Numbered from the stretch's first letter, positions 17,734-27,038 are shown. The stretch: 52,141 bases of DNA from Thermomicrobiales bacterium (GCA_034667245.1 JAXDKI010000175.1:1-52141); one strand, 5' to 3'. Notes: generated by a model from the letters alone, not told the origin. Numbers and translations: made by a program.

Positions 17734-17777
17734 CTGTCCGTCTGTCCGTCTCTCCGTCTCTCCGTCTCTCCGTCTGC
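17734..17777 (+). repeat. Tandem octamer repeat (CTNTCCGT)x5.5 in a 5' leader
   Basis: ctgtccgt ctgtccgt ctctccgt ctctccgt ctctccgt ctgc. Ends 1 nt before the GAGGAGG SD (17779-17785) of the gene starting at 17792. Confidence 0.9.
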
Positions 17778-17791
17778 CGAGGAGGTCCGCC

Positions 17792-19093
17792 ATGTCACTC
17801 GCCGGATTGAAGGTCTTCGAGCGCGGCACCTTCCCGCGCTGGCTCAAAGTCCGGCAGCAGCTGGAGGCGACGGAGATCGCCGACGTCGCCGCCGCCGTCG
17901 CGGAGCAGTTCGCCCGGCCCGAGATCGCCGCGACGATCCAGCCCGGCGCCCGCGTCTGCCTCACCGCCGGCAGCCGTGGCGTCGATCGCATCGCCCAGGT
18001 CCTCAAAGCCGCCGTCACCGAAGTGAAGCGACTCGGCGGCGAGCCCTTCGTCATCCCCGCCATGGGGAGCCACGGCGGTGCCACCGCCGAAGGTCAACTG
18101 GAGCTCATCCACCACTACGGTGTCACCGAGGAGGCCATGGGCTGCCCGATCCGCAGCAGCATGGAGACGGTCCTCCTCGGCGAGGTCCACAACGACGACG
18201 ATCACGTCCCCGTCTACTTCGATCGCACCGCCTACGAGCAGGCCGACGTCGTCATCCCGATCGGCCGCATCAAACCCCACACCGACTTCCACGGCCCGAT
18301 CGAGTCCGGCGTCATGAAGATGATCGCGATCGGTCTCGGCAAGCAAAAAGGCGCCGACACCTTCCACTCGCGCGGCTTCCCGGTCTTCCACACCCTCATT
18401 CCGGCCGTCGGGCTCTTCACGCTTAGCCGCGTCAACATCCCGTTCGCCATCGGGCTCGTGGAGAACGGCTACAGTCACCTCGGCCTGATCGAGGCCATTC
18501 CCAACCGCCAGATCCTCGACCGGGAGAAGGAACTCCTCCGGATCGCCCGCGATTGGCTCGGCCGCCTCCCCGGTGAGCGTCTCGACGTCCTGATCGTCGA
18601 CGAGATCGGCAAAGATGTCTCCGGCGACGGCGCCGACCCCAACGTCATCAACCGCGACGTCGTCGGCCTCATCGCCCAGAGCGAGCTGGTCTTCCGGCCC
18701 ACCATCCAGCGCGTCATCTTCCGTGACCTCACCGAGGCGACCGAGGGCAACGCCACCGGGGTCGGCATGGCCGACGTCGTCCTCCGCCAATTGGTCGACA
18801 AGATCGACCGCGTTGCCACCTATATGAACCTGATCACCGCCAAAGGCCCCCAGGGCGCCAGAATCCCGATCACCGTCGACACCGACCGCGAAGCCCTCTA
18901 CATCGCCCTCGCCTGTTGCCTCCGCACCGAGGTCGAAACCGCCCGCATCGCCCGCATCCAGAGTTCCAAATACGTCGAGGAATTCTGGGTCTCCGAACCC
19001 TTCCTCCCCGAAATCCTCGCCACCGGCCGCGTCGAACCCCTCACCGACCCCGCACCCATCGCCTTCGACGCCAACGGGATGTTTGTGGACTGA
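17792..19093 (+). CDS. LarA-N/DUF2088-like domain protein (function unknown; family from memory)
   Basis: ATG at 17792 with GAGGAGG 6 nt upstream. 433 aa. CLTAGSRGVDRI...VIPAMGSHGGATAEGQ...RIKPHTDF pattern. The longer ORF from 17387 has an implausible N-terminus. Confidence 0.75.
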   Translation: MSLAGLKVFERGTFPRWLKVRQQLEATEIADVAAAVAEQFARPEIAATIQPGARVCLTAGSRGVDRIAQVLKAAVTEVKRLGGEPFVIPAMGSHGGATAEGQLELIHHYGVTEEAMGCPIRSSMETVLLGEVHNDDDHVPVYFDRTAYEQADVVIPIGRIKPHTDFHGPIESGVMKMIAIGLGKQKGADTFHSRGFPVFHTLIPAVGLFTLSRVNIPFAIGLVENGYSHLGLIEAIPNRQILDREKELLRIARDWLGRLPGERLDVLIVDEIGKDVSGDGADPNVINRDVVGLIAQSELVFRPTIQRVIFRDLTEATEGNATGVGMADVVLRQLVDKIDRVATYMNLITAKGPQGARIPITVDTDREALYIALACCLRTEVETARIARIQSSKYVEEFWVSEPFLPEILATGRVEPLTDPAPIAFDANGMFVD

Positions 19094-19121
19094 GCCGATA
19101 GCCGATAGCCGACAGCCGATA
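19094..19121 (+). repeat. Tandem heptad repeat (GCCGATA)x4
   Basis: gccgata gccgata gccgaca gccgata, starting 1 nt after the TGA stop at 19091-19093. No complementary arm seen downstream. Confidence 0.85.
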
Positions 19122-19353
19122 GGAGAACGATCAACCACCTTCTTGCCAGAGATTGATGGTAGGATCGTGACTGTTCATCGAAGCGCCGTCGCTCAAGCAA
19201 AATCGTCATTCCGAGCTTGTCGAGGAATCTCTCTCCGCAAGAGGCAACGGCGCGGCAATAGAGACCGGTCGTCCTAGCCCCGAGCGGGCTTCATCGCTTC
19301 AGCCCCGCGTCGAAACCCGGGGTCCGTCATACCAGGGGCCAAACGCGACACCC

Positions 19354-22300
19354 ATGACCCCATCCACCGACACCCAATTCGTCGGTCGCGCCTCCGAGTT
19401 AGCTGCCCTCACCGCCCGTTTCGAGCAGGCGGCGCGCGGCGCCGGCGGCGTCGCCCTGATCGCCGGTGAACCCGGCATCGGCAAGACACGCCTCGCTCGC
19501 GCCTTCGTCGATCACGCCGAGCAGCGCGGCGCTCTCGTCCTCTGGGGCCGCTGCTACGAAGGCGACTGGTCGCCGCCGTTCGCACCGTGGGTCGAAGCGA
19601 TCGGCGGTTTCGTCCGCGGCGCCTCGCCACAGCATGTCAACGACGCCCTCGGCCTGACCGCTCCTCAAGGAGCCTCGTCTCTTGCCCAGATCGTGCCGGA
19701 GCTCGGTCCCCTCGTCGCCGACCTCCCGGCACTGATCGCCCTCGGACCGGACGAGGAGCGCGTCCGTCTCTACGACGCCGTCGTCCGCTTCCTCCTCCGC
19801 CTTGCCGAGCGACAGCCGCTCGTCGTCGTCCTCGACGACCTCCACTGGGCCGACCGCGCCACGCTCGACCTCCTCCGCCACGTCGTCTACTTCGCCGTCC
19901 ACTCCCGGCTCCTCCTCCTCGGAACGTACCGTGACCTGGAGCTCGGCCCCGACCACCCCTTGACCACCATGCTCCCTGTCCTCCGGCGGGAGGCCGGCAC
20001 CGCGACGATCGCATTGCGCGGTCTGGAAGCGGACGAGGTCGCCCAACTCCTCGGCGTCGCCGGCGACGGCTGGAACGCGACGCTGGCGCGGACGGTCTAC
20101 GATGAGACGAATGGCAACCCCTTCTTCATCGAGGAGCTCTTCCGCCACCTCGTCGACGAGGTCAAGATCGTCGCCGGCCGCGAGGGGTGGACCGCCCCGG
20201 CCGGCATCGAGGACTTCGGCATCCCCGAGGGTGTTCGCCAGGTGGTCACCCGCCGCCTTGCCCGGCTCTCGACCGACGCCGAGCGCTTGCTGACCCACGC
20301 CGCCGTCTTCACCGGCGGGTTCGACTTTCCGGTCCTCCAGGCACTCACCGACCTTCAGGAGGATGCTCTCCTCGATGCCATTGACGAGGCCCTCGGCGCC
20401 CGTCTCATTCAGCCCGTTCCGGGTGGCCAGGAACGTTACGACTTCGTCCACGCCATCGTCCGTCACGCACTCTCCGAGAGCTGGAGTCCGTCCCGCCGCG
20501 TTCGCCTCCACCGCCGCGCGGCCGAGGCCCTGGTCAGCGCCTACGCCGGACGCGAGCGCGACCACGCCGCCGAGCTCGCTGTCCAATACCACCGGTCGCT
20601 CAGTCTCCCCGGCGCCGAGCTTGGCCTCCCCTTCGCCCTCGCCGCCGCCGACGAGGCGAAGCGACGCAACGCCGGCGATCAGGTCGTCACCTTCCTCCGG
20701 ATCGCGCGCGATCTCGCAGGTGCCGATACCGCCGCCCGCGCCGAGATCCTCCCCCGCCTCGCGGTCGCCGAGGCGGACGCGCTCCAGATCGGCGAGGCAC
20801 AGCGCACGACGGGCGATGCTCTCACCGTTCTTGACGAAGCAGGCACCGAACCGAGTCGCATCGCCGATTTCCTGGCGGCCGTCGCCCGCGCCTTGAAACA
20901 GCGCGCCTACGCCGATTCTCGCGTCTGGCGCCCCCTGGTCGAGCGCGGCCTCGCCCTCACCGGCGACCGCCACGACCACACCTGGGCGCGTTTGGTCTTC
21001 CTGGTCGATCCGATCGAACCGATCTCCCGCGAGACGATCCGCGCCGGTCGCTGGGTCGGCTACGACCCCAAAGCGCTCGCCGTCGCTCGCGCCGGCGGCG
21101 ACGAGGACGACTTCGCCCGCTCCTTCGAATCGTGGGACCCGCGCACTCGCGCCGAGACCGACGAGCTCGTCTCGCGCGCTCGCGGTTGGCAGCGCCCGAC
21201 CGCGATCATGTTTGCCCTCACCGTCGCGGCCAACGATTACCAGTACCGCCACGGCTCCTTCCGCGACGCCGAGGCGCTCTGGCAGGAACTGGTCGAGCTC
21301 AGCGAGCGCTCCGGCGCCATCTGGTGGCAACAGCAGGCCATCAGTCAACTCACCGGACTCCACCTCGCCTTCGGTCGCTTGGACGACGCGCGGGACGCCG
21401 AAGCCCGTGCCGCCGCCCTTGGCGCGCGCCTCGGTCCAGGACTGACTCACGATCTCTACACCACGATGCTGGACGCCTACTTCGCCGTTTACCTGGGCGG
21501 TGATTGGCCGGCGATCGCCGATCTCTTGACCCGCGCGGTCGACGATCCCGCCCTGGGACCGCACGACACCGGCACGCTTGGCGGTGCCTTTCTCGGCGCC
21601 ATCGCCGCCTATGCCCACGCGGAGGCGGGCTCAACCGACCAGGCACGGCGCCTGCTCGACGTCCTGACGGGGATCGTCGAGCAGATGGATCCGCGAACCG
21701 CCAGCCAGAACGACAACGGCACCGTCGCCTTTGCCGCCGGCGCCGTCTGGCGACTCGGCGCCACGAACCACGCCGCCGCCTACCGCCGCCTCGCGCTGGA
21801 GCTCCTGGCAGCGGGTATCGGCGACGACCCCCTCGGCTCGACCGAACTGTCCGTCGCCCGCATGGCGGCGCTCCTCGGTAATATGGCGGAAGCGACTGAG
21901 TTCTTCGGACGGGCGCGGCAGGGCCTCGAAGCGAGTCACCGCCGGCCGCTCCGCGCGATCGTCGACCTCGACGAGGCCACGTTCCTCCTCGGTGCCGGCC
22001 CGGCGCAGCTCCCGCGCGTGCTCGAATTGCTGGACGCTGCCACGACGGCGTTCGAGACGCTCGGCATGACCCCCTGGCTCGAACGCGCCCAGGCGACCCG
22101 GACCGAAGCCGACGCCCGCGCCGGCCGCGTTCCACTCCCCGGCGGATTGACCGAACGCGAGGTGGACGTCCTCCGCCTCGTCGTGCGAGGTCAGTCCGAC
22201 CGCGAGATCAGCGACGCGCTCTTCATCAGCCCGCGCACCGTCAATGCGCACATGCGGAATATGCTCAACAAGACCGGATCCTCCAACAGGACGGAACTCT

Positions 22301-22368
22301 CGATCTGGGCCTTCGAGCACGGCCTCGTCTCGCGCGACGAGCCTGGCCGCCCGGTTACGTCTCGGTAA
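19354..22368 (+). CDS. LAL-type regulator: N-terminal AAA/STAND ATPase, helical repeats, C-terminal LuxR HTH
   Basis: 1004 aa. Walker A GEPGIGKT, Walker B LVVVLDDLHWAD. C-terminal LTEREVDVLRLVVRGQSDREISDALFISPRTVNAHMRNMLNK. Confidence 0.92.
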   Translation: MTPSTDTQFVGRASELAALTARFEQAARGAGGVALIAGEPGIGKTRLARAFVDHAEQRGALVLWGRCYEGDWSPPFAPWVEAIGGFVRGASPQHVNDALGLTAPQGASSLAQIVPELGPLVADLPALIALGPDEERVRLYDAVVRFLLRLAERQPLVVVLDDLHWADRATLDLLRHVVYFAVHSRLLLLGTYRDLELGPDHPLTTMLPVLRREAGTATIALRGLEADEVAQLLGVAGDGWNATLARTVYDETNGNPFFIEELFRHLVDEVKIVAGREGWTAPAGIEDFGIPEGVRQVVTRRLARLSTDAERLLTHAAVFTGGFDFPVLQALTDLQEDALLDAIDEALGARLIQPVPGGQERYDFVHAIVRHALSESWSPSRRVRLHRRAAEALVSAYAGRERDHAAELAVQYHRSLSLPGAELGLPFALAAADEAKRRNAGDQVVTFLRIARDLAGADTAARAEILPRLAVAEADALQIGEAQRTTGDALTVLDEAGTEPSRIADFLAAVARALKQRAYADSRVWRPLVERGLALTGDRHDHTWARLVFLVDPIEPISRETIRAGRWVGYDPKALAVARAGGDEDDFARSFESWDPRTRAETDELVSRARGWQRPTAIMFALTVAANDYQYRHGSFRDAEALWQELVELSERSGAIWWQQQAISQLTGLHLAFGRLDDARDAEARAAALGARLGPGLTHDLYTTMLDAYFAVYLGGDWPAIADLLTRAVDDPALGPHDTGTLGGAFLGAIAAYAHAEAGSTDQARRLLDVLTGIVEQMDPRTASQNDNGTVAFAAGAVWRLGATNHAAAYRRLALELLAAGIGDDPLGSTELSVARMAALLGNMAEATEFFGRARQGLEASHRRPLRAIVDLDEATFLLGAGPAQLPRVLELLDAATTAFETLGMTPWLERAQATRTEADARAGRVPLPGGLTEREVDVLRLVVRGQSDREISDALFISPRTVNAHMRNMLNKTGSSNRTELSIWAFEHGLVSRDEPGRPVTSR

Positions 22369-22568
22369 CCTTGCCTAACGCACGCGCTTCCTTGTCACAG
22401 AGGAAATCGGCAACTCCCCCGATGCGACTCGACGTGCTCGAGGCTATCGTGATTACGCTGGGAATCGGTCCCGGTGCTTTCGAGACACGTGGACGTTGAT
22501 AGACTGTCGCGAGGACGATGGGGCTGACGGAGAGAATCGGCGATCCCCGAAGAGAGGAGCGGACACTC

Positions 22569-23132
22569 ATGGCTTCAAACATTCAGACGCAAGAAGGATG
22601 GACGCGGCGGCAGGCGATGGCGGCAGGAGCGGGCACGGCGGTGCTCGCGGCCGGGCTCGGTGCACTCCTCCCGGCGAATCGGGCGGGAGCACAGCTCGTC
22701 CGGACCGGCGGCGGTATCGCCGGCGGCGGTCAGGTCAAGGAGGAGGGTTCCCGGACCCACTTCTCGGTCTTCGCGAGCCGGTTCGAGGGCGAATCACTGA
22801 AAGAACCGGTCTTCGTCGGCCGCTTCCAATGGGTGGACGGCAAGGCGGACATCACGATCGAAAGCACCAAGATCGACTTCTACGGCGCGATCGAGGGCGG
22901 ATCCGAAAACGACCGCGAGCTCCGAGGCACCGCCAAGCTCAACGACGAAGACGGCCACCCCTTCCTCGTCCGCATGGCCGACGAGGGCGGGCCCGGCTCC
23001 GGCGCCGACTCCATCTCCGTCTTCCTCGGCAAGGCCGACGCCGAAGACGCGGAAACCGACCCCATCTACAAACTGGAAGGCAAACTCGACGTCGGCGACC
23101 TCCAACTCTTGCAGATCGAACTGCCATTCTGA
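22569..23132 (+). CDS. Tat-signal secreted protein of unknown function (beta-rich)
   Basis: ATG at 22569 with GAGAGGAG upstream. WTRRQAMAAGAGTAVLAAGLG twin-arginine signal. Mature part of about 150 aa with alternating hydrophobic pattern and a DEGGPGSGADSISVFL motif. Confidence 0.7.
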   Translation: MASNIQTQEGWTRRQAMAAGAGTAVLAAGLGALLPANRAGAQLVRTGGGIAGGGQVKEEGSRTHFSVFASRFEGESLKEPVFVGRFQWVDGKADITIESTKIDFYGAIEGGSENDRELRGTAKLNDEDGHPFLVRMADEGGPGSGADSISVFLGKADAEDAETDPIYKLEGKLDVGDLQLLQIELPF

Positions 23133-23196
23133 CGAAACGCGGCACGCGATCCGGCCCTTCTCTCCCGAGAACTTCGTGCAATGCCGGACAAACAAG

Positions 23197-23217
23197 GGGA
23201 GGGCCCCGTGCCCTCCC
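23197..23217. repeat. REP-like hairpin GGGAGGGC-N5-GCCCTCCC, copy 1
   Basis: gggagggc cccgt gccctccc. Lies between convergent genes (stops at 23132 and 23379). Confidence 0.8.
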
Positions 23218-23265
23218 GTGCCAATGAACACGCTTCTCCCTCTCGATCACGGTGCCGATGAACCC

Positions 23266-23286
23266 GGGAGGGCACAGGGCCCTCCC
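23266..23286. repeat. REP-like hairpin GGGAGGGC-N5-GCCCTCCC, copy 2
   Basis: gggagggc acagg gccctccc, followed by ctacccc. Lies 48 nt after copy 1. Confidence 0.8.
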
Positions 23287-23378
23287 CTACCCCGAAGCCG
23301 CTATCGCGCGGTCACTCGCTTTATGTCACCTGCGCCGGTTCGGGCGGCTCCACTGTCGTGCTCGAAGCAGGCTACGGC

Positions 23379-23780
23379 TCAAGACGGATCCATGCGTCCG
23401 TCCTGAACATTTCCCTTCACTCCGGTGCTATCGACAAGCGCGGAGATACGCTCGACCAAGGTGTCGAGGTCGAACGGCTTCGGCAGGTAGTCCTCCGCAT
23501 CGACGTCCTCGCCTCGCCTCGCCGCATCCTGGGCGGCGGTGAGGACGAGGATTGGGGCTCGGTGGCCGTACCGCTCTCGGTAGCGCCTGGCGAACTCCCA
23601 GCCGTCCATCGCCGGCATCTTCATGTCGAGGAGGATCACATCCGGGTGGTGTCGTTGGATCGATTCAAGCGCCGCCTGACCGTCCGGAGCCTCGTCCACC
23701 TGATAGCCCTCGTCCCTGAGGACGTAACCGATGACCAGGCGTATGCTCGGATCGTCGTCGATCACGAGAACGCGCGGCAT
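23379..23780 (-). CDS. Single-domain response regulator (CheY-like receiver)
   Basis: 133 aa. VLVIDDD, phospho-acceptor context VILLDMKMP, LVLTA, PKPF. Confidence 0.9.
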   Translation of the reverse strand: MPRVLVIDDDPSIRLVIGYVLRDEGYQVDEAPDGQAALESIQRHHPDVILLDMKMPAMDGWEFARRYRERYGHRAPILVLTAAQDAARRGEDVDAEDYLPKPFDLDTLVERISALVDSTGVKGNVQDGRMDPS

Positions 23781-23792
23781 CGTGGGGACCGA

Positions 23793-25628
23793 TCAAGCAG
23801 CGGACTCGCTCGCTGGATCGCCGGTAGAAGGCGGGAGCGACACGACGAAGCGCGACCCACGATCGCCCGGTTCCTCGATCCGCAGAGATCCGCCGTGGAG
23901 GACGACAATTTCGCGTGTGATGTAGAGACCAAGTCCCATCCCCGACAAGTGCGGTTCGCCGTGCGCTTGATGCAGGCGGTTGAACACCGCCTCGCGCTGG
24001 TCAGGCGGGACCCCCACGCCTTGATCGGTAACCGCGAGGCGGATCCCGCCGTCATCGTCTTGCCCAAGCTCCACCGTCACCGTCCCACCGAGAGGACTGA
24101 ACTTAACGGCATTATCGAGCAGATTCGTCACGACCTGCTCGAACCGAACCGGATCGACGACGGCGTGCAGTTGCTCGGGTCCCTCAAAGATGAGCTGATG
24201 ATCGGCACCGATGTGCTGCAGCCCGACCCAGGAGCGGACGAGCGCGGCAAGATCGGTTCTCACCGGATCGAGGCGCACCAGACCGGCCTCGATCTGGGCC
24301 GTGTCGAGCAAGCGCGTCAGTAATCCGTTCAGCTTGCTGGTTTGCAACTCGATCGCGGTCAACGCGCTCTCCAGCCGCTCCGGCGCGGTCCCCACTCCGC
24401 GGCGCGCATCGCGGAGGAGCAGTTGCGCGAAGATCCGCAAACTCGTGATCGGCGTCTTCAGCTCGTGCGCCGCCACTGACAAGAACTCATCCCGCGCCGC
24501 GACGGCCGCGCTCAATTCGCGATTCCGTTCGCGGAGCTCCTCCTCCATCCGCCGCTGCTGGGTGACGTCATGCATGAAGCACCGGGTGTGGACGAAGCGG
24601 TCGCCATCCCAGCGACCGTTTGCCGTGATGAGCACGTGCTTGATCGAGCCGTCCTTGCAGCGGAGGTCAGCCGGATAGTCGTAGACATCCTCTCGCCGCA
24701 TCAGCTTCTGCCAAAAGTCCTCGAACGTGTCTCTGTTGACGTGATACTCCCCAAAGGGACGATTGACGTACTCGTCAGCCGTGTATCCGAGCAGACCCAA
24801 CTGTGCCCTGTTCGCCCAAAGAATCTGGTTGTCGGGGCCCAATTGCTGCACGCCTTCCAGAGCGTTCTCAAGGAAGTCGGCCAGTTCATCCTCACGGCGA
24901 CGCAGCGACTCCTGGGCGCTCTTGCGCTCAGCAACCTCGATCTCCAGTGCCTGCGCCTTCTGCTGCAGGAGCGCGATCGAACGCAGACGCTGCTCGTCGT
25001 CGGCCAGCGATGAGTAGCTCTCGGCAGGCATCACGTGGGAGTGGGCCGCGCAGATCTGCGCGATCGATCCACCATGCTCCTCTCGACCGAAGGTGCTGAT
25101 CGGGTAGGCACAATGGAGCGAGAACGCGTGCGTCTTCGCCAGATCGTTCCAGAGTCCTTCGAGTTGGAGCGCCGCCTCGTATCGTCCCTGGCCGGTCAAG
25201 AGCGCGACGAGTTCCCCGAAGACGGCAACGCGCGGTTGCTTCCCGGTCGCCGCAGCCGTCGCCCGTGTCAGGACATCGCCGACGAGTTCGGCAAAGCGTG
25301 CGGCGTCGGGCATGCCGTCCGGCACGCAGATCGCCATCGTCTCCGCCGCGTCCAACGAGATGTATCGCCCCTGGCTCGCGGCGTGGACGATGTCCAAATC
25401 CCTCGCCAGCAGCCGCTCGGCCAGCCCGCGCCGGTGCTCCTCGGTCGCGATGACGACGGCGGCGTCGCCCGCCGCCAACGCCGCGCCGATGTAGTGAGTC
25501 AAGTGGTCCAGGAGCGCCGGATCGGCTTCGTAGAACTGAAGGGTGTGCGGATGGTGGTTCTTGCTCCCCAAGACCGCGGGCGGTGGAAACGTTGCAGTGT
25601 GATCGCCCGGGTTAGGGTACAGACTCAT
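23793..25628 (-). CDS. Sensor histidine kinase: N-terminal MEDS-like domain, coiled coil, PAS, HisKA, HATPase_c
   Basis: 611 aa. N-terminus HTLQFYEAD...AVVIATEEH...HCAYP resembles MEDS. H-box AAHELKTPITSL. G-box GMGLGLYI. GGAG SD. Confidence 0.9.
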   Translation of the reverse strand: MSLYPNPGDHTATFPPPAVLGSKNHHPHTLQFYEADPALLDHLTHYIGAALAAGDAAVVIATEEHRRGLAERLLARDLDIVHAASQGRYISLDAAETMAICVPDGMPDAARFAELVGDVLTRATAAATGKQPRVAVFGELVALLTGQGRYEAALQLEGLWNDLAKTHAFSLHCAYPISTFGREEHGGSIAQICAAHSHVMPAESYSSLADDEQRLRSIALLQQKAQALEIEVAERKSAQESLRRREDELADFLENALEGVQQLGPDNQILWANRAQLGLLGYTADEYVNRPFGEYHVNRDTFEDFWQKLMRREDVYDYPADLRCKDGSIKHVLITANGRWDGDRFVHTRCFMHDVTQQRRMEEELRERNRELSAAVAARDEFLSVAAHELKTPITSLRIFAQLLLRDARRGVGTAPERLESALTAIELQTSKLNGLLTRLLDTAQIEAGLVRLDPVRTDLAALVRSWVGLQHIGADHQLIFEGPEQLHAVVDPVRFEQVVTNLLDNAVKFSPLGGTVTVELGQDDDGGIRLAVTDQGVGVPPDQREAVFNRLHQAHGEPHLSGMGLGLYITREIVVLHGGSLRIEEPGDRGSRFVVSLPPSTGDPASESAA

Positions 25629-25835
25629 CTAGATACTCCAAAGCGCACTCATTCCGGGAAGCGCGGCGACAACCCCGTCGTGCACGATAGTTGACTTCCC
25701 CGCACACACCAATGGCGCCTAGGTCGACTCGAGCGGGGCCGATCCCAGTGAATCATGCACGACCCATGCCAAGCATCGGGGCACGGCACTCCGCCGCTGT
25801 CCCTTCACTCCCGGGAAAAGATCCTTCAGCGGCGT

Positions 25836-26996
25836 TTACAACAATCGGCGGAGCCCGTCGATCAGCGCGTCCAGGTCGGCCTCGTCGTTGTAACCCTGGA
25901 ACGACACGCGAACCTGACTCACTCCATCGAAGCGCCCCATCGGCACCTCGACCCGGTACTCATCGTAGAGGCGCGTCTTGAGGGTGAGGAGATCGCCATC
26001 GAACGGCAACCTGCTGGCAACCATTTGGCCAAACCAGTCCGGCGAATCGGGGCAAATGGGAGGCAGCCCGGTCAGATCGGCCAGGCGTTCGCGCGCCTGG
26101 CGGGCGAGTTCGTGACAGCGGCCGCGGACGGTGTCCCAGTCGTGTTCCTGCTGGAAGCGAATCGCGGCCGGCACGGCCAGGAAGGGCGCGATGTCGCGGG
26201 TGCCCTGCCATTCGTTGCGCTGGACGAAGGTCGAATCGACGATGCGGCCCTCTCGGCCCCACCCCCAGCTCACGACCAGCGACTCGATCCAGTCCTGCTC
26301 CTCCGGCCGCACGTAAAGGAAGCCTGCACCCTTCGGCGCGCAGAGCCACTTGTGGAGATTGCCGGAATAGATGTCGGCACCGAGGTCTGCCAGATCGAGC
26401 GGGATCTGACCGGGCGCGTGGGCGCCGTCGACCACCGTTAAGATGCCCTGTTCGCGGGCGCGCCGGCAGATCTCCTTGACCGGGAAGATCAGCGCCGTCG
26501 GCGAGGTGATGTGGCTGAGGAAGATGACTTTGGTGTGAGGCGTCACGGCGCCCCAAAACGACTCGACGAGCTCTTCGTGCGAGGTAACCGGTAGCGGGAC
26601 CGAATGCCGACAGTACCGAGCGCCGGTCTTCCCAAGCAGGTGCTCCCAGGTCATGCTACAAGCGCCGTACTCGTGGTCGGTGGTCAGCACCTCGTCGTCC
26701 AGTTCGAGCTCGATCGACCGGGCGACGATGTTGATCCCCCAGGTCGCGTTCGTGACGAAGACGAGACTGTCGGCGTCGACGTTGAGGAAGGCGCCAAGTG
26801 CCTTCCGCGCCTCACAGAGCAGTTCGTCGTTCCGGCGACCGAGGAATTCGACCGGCTGGCGTTCGAGTTCGCGCTGCCAGCACTGGTACTCCTCGAAGAC
26901 CGGCTTCGGCGTCGCGCCGAAGGAACCGTGGTTGAGGAAGTGAACGTCGGGATCGAGCAGGAATAAATCGCGTAGGTTTTCGGCCACCAATGACAC
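25836..26996 (-). CDS. Aminotransferase class V fold PLP enzyme (isopenicillin-N epimerase / cysteine desulfurase-like)
   Basis: 386 aa. FLNHGSFGATPKPV N-terminus and PLP-lysine context GNLHKWLCAPKGAGFLY. The start is uncertain within about 9 nt (GTG 26996, TTG 26990, GTG 26987). Confidence 0.88.
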   Translation of the reverse strand: MSLVAENLRDLFLLDPDVHFLNHGSFGATPKPVFEEYQCWQRELERQPVEFLGRRNDELLCEARKALGAFLNVDADSLVFVTNATWGINIVARSIELELDDEVLTTDHEYGACSMTWEHLLGKTGARYCRHSVPLPVTSHEELVESFWGAVTPHTKVIFLSHITSPTALIFPVKEICRRAREQGILTVVDGAHAPGQIPLDLADLGADIYSGNLHKWLCAPKGAGFLYVRPEEQDWIESLVVSWGWGREGRIVDSTFVQRNEWQGTRDIAPFLAVPAAIRFQQEHDWDTVRGRCHELARQARERLADLTGLPPICPDSPDWFGQMVASRLPFDGDLLTLKTRLYDEYRVEVPMGRFDGVSQVRVSFQGYNDEADLDALIDGLRRLL

Positions 26997-27038
26997 CCTC
27001 GCGGGGGATGGCCGTGGCGTGACCCCTCCCCCAGTAGC

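Noticed and set aside
19196-19235. Motif gtcattccgagcttgtcgaggaatctctc, which resembles a hairpin repeat I recall seeing translated as SFRA.RGISL in many hypothetical ORFs.
   Set aside because: There is a single copy in the window and no complementary partner nearby. The resemblance is from memory only and cannot be supported here.
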